Shown here piece after piece: positions 57,700 to 64,000 of a DNA stretch of 64,000 nt (within the stretch, counting starts at the first letter, position 1; each line of letters opens with the position of its first letter). The position numbers and the translations under genes are program-made. The stretch is from Thermodesulfobacteriota bacterium (lineage in GTDB: Bacteria > Desulfobacterota_D > UBA1144 > Nemesobacterales > UBA2774). Location: positions 2,464,001 to 2,528,000 of the forward strand of contig OZ244991.1 of the NCBI GenBank assembly GCA_965223335.1, given 5' to 3'. The notes beneath the pieces were generated by a model, which did not search any database, was not told the DNA's origin, and saw nothing but the letters and a program-made list of their open reading frames with translations.

Positions 57700-58167
57700 A
57701 TGACCGACAACACCGACCATCCGAATGTCATTGCACTACCCCCGCTCATATTCATTATCTTCCTTTTATTAGGCGTAATAATTCAGACTATTTACCCCGT
57801 ACATATCCTCCCACCCCATATCACTACTCCCCTGGCCATAAATCTGCTAGTGTGGTCTGTGCTCATCGGTGCTGGGGGGTTTTATGCCTTGCGCAAAGCT
57901 AAGACAAACGTAAATGTTAGAAAACCCACAACATCCATCGTCACTACAGGAGTTTTCAATTTCACCAGGAACCCGCTCTACCTATCTCTTGTCCTACTTA
58001 TGCTTACACTCGGAGCATTAGCAAACTCACTTTGGATAATTGTACTCACCGTACCCTTCATAGTGGTATTGACCAAAGGGGTTATAGAGCGCGAGGAAGA
58101 GTATCTAGAGCACAAATTCAGAGACGAATACACAAGCTATAAGTCGAGGGTAAGGCGCTGGATATAA
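57700..58167 (+). CDS. Isoprenylcysteine carboxyl methyltransferase / PEMT family protein
   Basis: IVTTGVFNFTRNPLY, EREEEYL...Y..Y...VRRWI. Confidence 0.9.
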   Translation: MTDNTDHPNVIALPPLIFIIFLLLGVIIQTIYPVHILPPHITTPLAINLLVWSVLIGAGGFYALRKAKTNVNVRKPTTSIVTTGVFNFTRNPLYLSLVLLMLTLGALANSLWIIVLTVPFIVVLTKGVIEREEEYLEHKFRDEYTSYKSRVRRWI

Positions 58168-58244
58168 TAGCAGCCATTTATGGTATATATCCCATACAAT
58201 ACCAAGCCCCGCCATACAACCCGCAAGATTAAGCGCCCCCCCTA

Positions 58245-58427
58245 TTAATCCCGCTTTTTCAGGTGGTAGATCTCACCCGTTGCGGCAAACGCAAATATTT
58301 TTACAGTGTCGTCGTGAAGGTCGCGTTTAGGTATCTCTTCTCGGGTCTTGTAGAGGTAGGTGCCGCTCTGGGCTATTACAGCGAAATGCGTGATCTCGAT
58401 ATCGTCCAACAGATCCTTAACGGTCAC
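58245..58427 (-). CDS. Small hypothetical protein
   Basis: 60-aa ORF filling an intergenic gap. Confidence 0.4.
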   Translation of the reverse strand: MTVKDLLDDIEITHFAVIAQSGTYLYKTREEIPKRDLHDDTVKIFAFAATGEIYHLKKRD

Positions 58428-58491
58428 ATTGATATTATCTCATATTTCAGTTGGGATCGTTAGGGGGTATGGGAATTTGTGTTCTGGGGGG

Positions 58492-59640
58492 TCAGCTAAA
58501 CTCTTTTAGCAGCTGCGCGGCAGTAATCAACCTTTGGATCTCTGATGTGCCTTCATAGATCTCTGTGATCTTGGCGTCTCTAAAATACCTTTCCACGGGG
58601 TAGTCGACCGTATAGCCGTAGCCGCCGTGGATCTGGATGGCCTTTGTGGCGACCCACATAGCAGTTTCCGAAGCATAAAGCTTTGCCATGGACGACTGTT
58701 TTATGAAATTCTCGCCCCGGTCCTTCATAAGCGCTGCCTGCCACACCAATAGCCTCGAAGCCTCGGTCCTTGTAGCCATATCGGCAAGCATAAACTGTAT
58801 GGCCTGGAGTTGGGAGATCGGTTTACCGAAAGCAGTGCGCTCCTTGGCATAGGCCACAGAGTCCTCAAGTGCCGCCCTCGCTATACCCACAGCCAGCGCC
58901 CCTACACTGATGCGCCCGCTGTCAAGCGTGTCCATAGCGATCTTAAACCCGTCGCCCTCCTGCCCAAGCATAGCCGACCGGGGCACCCTGCATTCCTCGA
59001 ATATGATCTGCGAGGTAGACGATGCCTTTATACCCAGCTTCTCCTCGATCTTCCCCACCACTACACCCGGGGTCTCCTTATCCACCAAAAACGATGTAAT
59101 CCCTTTATGCTTCTTTGACGGGTCAGTGTATGTGAATACTAGTACCACATTCGCTTCGGGGCCGTTGGTAATCCAGTTTTTAGTACCGTTTATAACGTAG
59201 TGGTCTCCGTCTTTGTTAGCCCTGGTTTTTATACCCCTTGCATCAGAGCCGGCATCGGGCTCACTGAGGGCAAAACAACCCACCTCTCCCGTAGCCATTG
59301 GGGGTAGGTACTTTGATTTCTGCTCCTCGGTCCCGAATTTAACTATAGGGTCTGAGACCAGGGAGTTATTAGCAGCCATTATAGTGGCTGTAGAAGCACA
59401 TGCCCTCGAGATCTCTTCCATTACAAGCTCGTAGCTGAAGGTATCGAGACCGCTTCCGTCGTATTCTACGGGCACACAAATAGACATAAAGCCCAGTTCC
59501 GCCATCTTGCGCACAATATCCTTTGGATAGATATCGTTGCGCTCATTGTGGGATGCTACAGGCATAATCTCTTTCTCGGCAAAGTCCTTTGCCAGCTGCC
59601 TTATCATCCTCTGCTCATCCGTAAGTTCAATTATGCTCAA
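58492..59640 (-). CDS. Acyl-CoA dehydrogenase (short-chain/butyryl-CoA type)
   Basis: [39 protein letters not shown]. Confidence 0.96.
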   Translation of the reverse strand: MSIIELTDEQRMIRQLAKDFAEKEIMPVASHNERNDIYPKDIVRKMAELGFMSICVPVEYDGSGLDTFSYELVMEEISRACASTATIMAANNSLVSDPIVKFGTEEQKSKYLPPMATGEVGCFALSEPDAGSDARGIKTRANKDGDHYVINGTKNWITNGPEANVVLVFTYTDPSKKHKGITSFLVDKETPGVVVGKIEEKLGIKASSTSQIIFEECRVPRSAMLGQEGDGFKIAMDTLDSGRISVGALAVGIARAALEDSVAYAKERTAFGKPISQLQAIQFMLADMATRTEASRLLVWQAALMKDRGENFIKQSSMAKLYASETAMWVATKAIQIHGGYGYTVDYPVERYFRDAKITEIYEGTSEIQRLITAAQLLKEFS

Positions 59641-59746
59641 AACAGCGCCCTCTAATTCATATTACCAGTTTAGAGATCAGACACCTAATTATAGTAGGTA
59701 AAGTTATTTAAGTAATTACTCCCGCTGAAAGTCGAGAGTTGCAAGA

Positions 59747-60190
59747 TTATCCCTCTTCATACCTTACAATTAGTACCGGGCAGGGCGAAGTAAACATCAC
59801 CCTATGACTTGTGGTACCTACGGATATCTCTCCGCCGTCCCGCTTGACACCGTGCGAGCCCATCACGATAAGGTCGATCTCTTTTTCCCTGGCCACAGTG
59901 TTCACAACCCTCCAGCGGGGCCCTATCACAATCATAGAGTTTATACCCAAGCCGTTTTTCTCGAATATGGCCCTCTCGGACTCCATTCGTTCTTCCATCT
60001 GAGTTTCCAAATCCCTGTAAAAACTCTTTATCTCTTCGTCAAGCTCCTCATAGTCAAGCGGCTCGATAGCGTGGAGTACGTGGATCTTGGCGCCAAGCTC
60101 CTGACCCAGATACATAGCATGTTCGCGGACCTTAATACTCTCATTTGAAAAATCCGTCGGAAAAAGAATGTTTTTTATCTCCACTGTCAT
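59747..60190 (-). CDS. Universal stress protein
   Basis: ILFPTDFS, DLIVMGSHG, GTTSHRV...PCPVLIV. Confidence 0.93.
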   Translation of the reverse strand: MTVEIKNILFPTDFSNESIKVREHAMYLGQELGAKIHVLHAIEPLDYEELDEEIKSFYRDLETQMEERMESERAIFEKNGLGINSMIVIGPRWRVVNTVAREKEIDLIVMGSHGVKRDGGEISVGTTSHRVMFTSPCPVLIVRYEEG

Positions 60191-60202
60191 ACCTCCTATG
60201 TC

Positions 60203-60604
60203 TCAGCCATTCTTCTCATCCAGTATCGTGATCATGCCCTTAAGTATGTCTGTGGTCGTCAGGATCCCTACAAGTTCGCTGCTAGAGTTTAGTACCGGGA
60301 GCGCGTTATAACTCGCTTTACATAGTAGCCTCGCAGCATCCGCAATGTCAGTTTCATCCTTGACGGTGTCGGGGTTTTGAGTCATCACGCTCTTTACGGT
60401 AAGCGAAGTCTGGTTTAGGCTCTGCGCAAGGGCCACACGGATATCGCGGTCCGTTACTATACCCACGAGCTTCCCGACCTCCATGACCGGCGCCTGCCTT
60501 ACCCTGTGATCCGTAAGTATATTAAACGCTACTTTTATATCCTGCTCGGGGAACAGATAGATCGGGTTTTTACTCATAAACTCTTTTACCAACATCTCGA
60601 TCAT
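60203..60604 (-). CDS. CBS domain pair protein
   Basis: VKEFMS, LVGIVTDRD, LVGILTTTD. Confidence 0.92.
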   Translation of the reverse strand: MIEMLVKEFMSKNPIYLFPEQDIKVAFNILTDHRVRQAPVMEVGKLVGIVTDRDIRVALAQSLNQTSLTVKSVMTQNPDTVKDETDIADAARLLCKASYNALPVLNSSSELVGILTTTDILKGMITILDEKNG

Positions 60605-60668
60605 CTCCTGTTCTAAAAGTGTTATCTATATACTTTTATTATACCATTGCCGGGGCACCTGGTTCCAA

Positions 60669-61115
60669 TCAGTCCGCATGGCTCTTGTGATTGTTTTTCG
60701 ATCCCGGATCTCCGTCCACAGACTCAAAACCCCCCAACAATTTCGCATCGTCCCTTTTTGCAAGATTCTCTGCACTCTCTCGACTCCGAAACGCCACTAT
60801 GCCGTGTCCCATGGGGGTCTTAATCGAGGTGCTCTTTACGAAAAAGGCCGCCTTGGCGTCTATCCATTCTTGGGTCTCATAGTCCCTGACGTAGACGGCT
60901 TCTATGCTAGGGTTTTTCTGCTGCTTAATATGCTCCACCATACACCCCAGGTCATCGAACTTCTTAACCCCTCCCCCGCGTGTTAAGTACTGTGCGGCAT
61001 AGGGTTTTTCGCTAATGATCATGCTGCAGCGCTCGCATAGGTCCGAGCCGTAGTAAATCTCGCGCGGCCCCTCTTTTTTACTCTCCCCACAGCCAAATAG
61101 CGCTAGAGAGAGCAT
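60669..61115 (-). CDS. nosL: NosL copper chaperone lipoprotein (start may be slightly upstream)
   Basis: LFGC lipobox; CERCSMII, FDDLGCM, TPMGHG. Confidence 0.9.
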   Translation of the reverse strand: MLSLALFGCGESKKEGPREIYYGSDLCERCSMIISEKPYAAQYLTRGGGVKKFDDLGCMVEHIKQQKNPSIEAVYVRDYETQEWIDAKAAFFVKSTSIKTPMGHGIVAFRSRESAENLAKRDDAKLLGGFESVDGDPGSKNNHKSHAD

Positions 61116-61135
61116 CGCAACAACAAATATTAACC

Positions 61136-61975
61136 TCAGGTCTCTTCCCTCCTAAGCGAGCAAAACACATAGTACGCCGCACCAAGCGGTATAAGCGTCC
61201 AGAGCAAAAACGCCCCAAATAGTATTGCAAACACACCCTCTTTACCAAAAGTACGCATTGCGTACACTCCCACAGGCCCGAGAACCTCGAACCGCGGGCT
61301 TACCACCAGCACGGATATCATCTTAAACACCTCGGTAGGGTTAAAAAGCGCCATTGCAAACACCTGCTTTATCCCCAGGTCCATCGCCACTGTACTGCCC
61401 ATAATCCCAAGATCCCCAAACACAATGAACACAAGCCACAAAAACACCCCTATCCCAAGCGCCTTTGACGCTCCCCGCACATATACCGAGATCAAAAAAC
61501 CCACACTTAGTAACGCCGCTGCAAGCAATAGCGAGAACCCTGCAATCGCCAGGTACCTGAGCGCTCCCCCGCCCCCGCCAACCAATGCCACACCTACCCC
61601 AGCGATCCCAAACCCGAGCAGTATGCTAGACCAAATGGACGTCAACACCCCCAGGTACTTGCCCACAAACACCTCGCCCTTGTTCACAGGGTACGACAGC
61701 AAGTACCCGAGCGTCCCGCTCTCGCGCTCGGCTGCTATACTCATCGCACCTGTTAAAAGTGCCACCATAGGGACAAACAACAGCACCAGGTTTATGAGGC
61801 TGGCAGCGGTCCTGCCATAGCCCGTGTAGCCTGCGATCTCGCTTCGCCCCGAGGCTATGAATAAAAGAAGTAGTGCGAGCAAAGAGAAACAGAGCGTGTA
61901 CACAACAAACCACCTGTTTGCGAGCGACTCCCGTGCCTCTTTTTTTGCTATTATAAGTACGCTGCTAAAATTCAT
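61136..61975 (-). CDS. nosY: NosY-type ABC permease
   Basis: IAKKEARESLANRW, RTAASLINL, ERESGTL..LLSYP; context. Confidence 0.88.
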   Translation of the reverse strand: MNFSSVLIIAKKEARESLANRWFVVYTLCFSLLALLLLFIASGRSEIAGYTGYGRTAASLINLVLLFVPMVALLTGAMSIAAERESGTLGYLLSYPVNKGEVFVGKYLGVLTSIWSSILLGFGIAGVGVALVGGGGGALRYLAIAGFSLLLAAALLSVGFLISVYVRGASKALGIGVFLWLVFIVFGDLGIMGSTVAMDLGIKQVFAMALFNPTEVFKMISVLVVSPRFEVLGPVGVYAMRTFGKEGVFAILFGAFLLWTLIPLGAAYYVFCSLRREET

Positions 61976-62864
61976 TTCTCTCCACCTCTTGGATAATCTC
62001 CTCCATCGTGGGTTCATCCACACTAAAATCCGTAAAACCAATATTGCCCTCTACAAGAAGCCTCATCACACCGGCACTGTTACCTCTGCTCACCAACACG
62101 TCTATTCCGTTGCAGTTAAGCTTTGCGTCGCTGATCCCGTTTCGCGACAATAGCGAGAGCGCCCCGTCTATCTCAATTTCCGGCATGCTGATGTTCATCC
62201 TCGTTTTAAGGCCCAGAGTGTCGGTAATACCATGTGGTACCCCGTCATACACAACCCTGCCCTGCTTCATAAACACAGTCCTATCCGCAAGGTAGTTGAC
62301 CTCATCCAGTCGGTGCGACGAGAACATAACTGTGTTGCCCGACTCGTGGTATGACTTGGTAAGCTGGAGCAGGTCGGCCCTGGCACCGGCGTCCAGGTTA
62401 GAGGTGGGCTCGTCCAAAAGCAGTACGGGTGGCTCAGAGAGGAATGCAAGCGCAAATGAGAGTCTCTGGCGCATACCCCCCGAGAGCTCCGAACACAATT
62501 TGTCTCGGTGCTCCATTAGGCCCACAACGCCCAGGACCTCGCGTGCTCTATCCGTGCCCACACCCCTTAGTGACGCGAAAAAGCGCACCAACTCACCTAC
62601 CCTCATCTCATAGAAAAGCGCCTCCTGCGGTATATACCCTATATACGATTTAGCACCCTTTGAGTCCTCCCCCAGGCCAATGCCGTTTACCTCTATGGTC
62701 CCGCTATAGTCCAAGAGCCCCAGCACACACTTTATAAGCGTGCTCTTGCCGGCACCGTTGGCACCCAAAAGCGCCACAGACTCCCCTCTCTCGATGCTAA
62801 ACGTAAGCGAGTCTACAGCCGTAAAAGAACCGTATTTTTTAGTAAGCCCCTTAATCTCTATCAA
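61965..62864 (-). CDS. nosF: NosF-type ABC ATPase
   Basis: GANGAGKS, LSGGMRQR, LLLDEPT; lies between nosD and nosY. Confidence 0.88.
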   Translation of the reverse strand: MIEIKGLTKKYGSFTAVDSLTFSIERGESVALLGANGAGKSTLIKCVLGLLDYSGTIEVNGIGLGEDSKGAKSYIGYIPQEALFYEMRVGELVRFFASLRGVGTDRAREVLGVVGLMEHRDKLCSELSGGMRQRLSFALAFLSEPPVLLLDEPTSNLDAGARADLLQLTKSYHESGNTVMFSSHRLDEVNYLADRTVFMKQGRVVYDGVPHGITDTLGLKTRMNISMPEIEIDGALSLLSRNGISDAKLNCNGIDVLVSRGNSAGVMRLLVEGNIGFTDFSVDEPTMEEIIQEVERNEF

Positions 62865-62873
62865 TTCTCACCT

Positions 62874-64000
62874 CTATGCCCTGCGCACCAATGTTAGATA
62901 GACCCCCGCCGGCACTGCGATCATTGCCAACGAGAGCACAAGCAACAGGCCCGAGAACCCCCCGTGCTCGACGCCGAGTTCCTTTAGCATCGCCGAGTGT
63001 GTGAGCGGATAGTCGTCTTTTACCTTGGGCTCGGGTTTTAGCACCGGAAACGCACGCGACGCAAGCTCAATCGACGAGGCTACGGGACTGTGTATAAAAA
63101 TACGGAGGTTCGGATAGGTATCGATAAGCTCCTCAAAGAGGCTCTCTGCAACATAGGGCAGCTCCCCGACTCCATCACTATCCTCGTCATAGCCCCTGTA
63201 GTCGCTCCAGTAATTCCCGCCCCCCGACTCCGACCATTTGTTGCCCGTTAGTCCACCACCGCCGCGCACCTGTACCTGCTCTGTATTATCTATAAAGCTG
63301 TTCCCGACCACTGCGTTTCGCTCAATAGAGGGCATAAACGACACTCCTATATCGTTAAATGCTATCATATTATCCGTTATCCTGTTCCATGAATCTATGG
63401 AGTTTGGCGAGTTATCCAGATACATCCCTATGCGGTTATCTATGATTAGGTTGCGTGTGGCCTCTATATCGTCCAGGTCCTTAAACCCTATGCCGTAGCC
63501 CGTGGCCGGGCCCTGGTTACGCGCAAACACATTGCCGTGGAACCGGATCCCCTTACTATACATAAGGAACCCGCCCACATAATTATCCACAAACACATTG
63601 TCCTCAAACAGGTTGTGGTTGCTGTACATATAGTGGAGGCCGTAGCGTCCCTTCTCCACCCTGTTACGCTTAATGAGCGTGTTGCTCGACCACCACATTA
63701 CCAGGTCCCTTGCATTTACAATGTGGTTGTCCACGATCTCGGTATCCGAGCTGTACCAAAGCCTTATGCCGTCGCCCCTCTCGGGCAGCGAGAGCTCTTT
63801 TCCATATATTCTGTTATTGCGTATTACCGAGTTGGGCGAATTCTTGAGATATATGCCAAACAACACATCCTCGAGTCGGTTATTCTCTATAACCGACCCC
63901 GGTGCCGAGTCGAGCACCACTCCCCCGTGCTCAATGTTTAGGCTAAGCCCGCTACCGCGCACCGTAAACCCTTTAAATGTGACCCCTGGTGAGGTTATCG
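62874..64000 (-). CDS. nosD: NosD periplasmic copper-binding/maturation protein, 5' end outside window
   Basis: RGDGIRLW, RYGLHYMYS, GNYWSDYRGYD..DGVG; frame open to window edge. Confidence 0.93.
   Translation of the reverse strand, partial: ITSPGVTFKGFTVRGSGLSLNIEHGGVVLDSAPGSVIENNRLEDVLFGIYLKNSPNSVIRNNRIYGKELSLPERGDGIRLWYSSDTEIVDNHIVNARDLVMWWSSNTLIKRNRVEKGRYGLHYMYSNHNLFEDNVFVDNYVGGFLMYSKGIRFHGNVFARNQGPATGYGIGFKDLDDIEATRNLIIDNRIGMYLDNSPNSIDSWNRITDNMIAFNDIGVSFMPSIERNAVVGNSFIDNTEQVQVRGGGGLTGNKWSESGGGNYWSDYRGYDEDSDGVGELPYVAESLFEELIDTYPNLRIFIHSPVASSIELASRAFPVLKPEPKVKDDYPLTHSAMLKELGVEHGGFSGLLLVLSLAMIAVPAGVYLTLVRRA

Noticed and set aside
1..64000. Prophage, IS, tRNA or rRNA genes
   Set aside because: No recognisable structural, integrase or transposase ORFs and no cloverleaf or rRNA signatures by eye; tRNAscan-SE and ISEScan would be needed to exclude them fully.

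Overview
A gene-dense bacterial chromosomal window of moderate GC, with no rRNA, tRNA, CRISPR array, transposase, integrase or phage genes that I could recognise. The first ~41 kb looks accessory. It holds many lipoproteins and exported proteins in paralogous families, two type II toxin-antitoxin pairs (yefM-yoeB and an RHH-like antitoxin with doc), tandem dacB/PBP4 genes, ppk2-Nudix, a K+ channel, a frameshifted APC-USP permease, a low-GC YaaW-like plus nuclease-motif gene pair, and a thaumatin-like surface protein. The last ~23 kb is more ordinary: MFS transporters, MarR/rhodanese/DoxX, a truncated globin, an amidohydrolase, an ECF sigma cluster, acyl-CoA dehydrogenase and nosDFYL. The most notable non-coding signal is a dispersed ~200-300 bp intergenic element with about 10 full or partial copies between 3.5 and 35.8 kb, all on the same strand. 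Its sequence has diverged but its multi-hairpin fold is kept by compensatory changes and + strand G-T pairs. It clusters with two smaller REP-like modules. Other highlights are a stand-alone promoter-RBS-9-codon ORF-hairpins-terminator unit at 38.5 kb, a Cys-containing C-terminal sorting signal shared by two surface proteins, a MarR-type operator recurring 9 kb away, and signs of frequent leaderless genes. All protein calls come from motif recognition by eye; no database searches were run.
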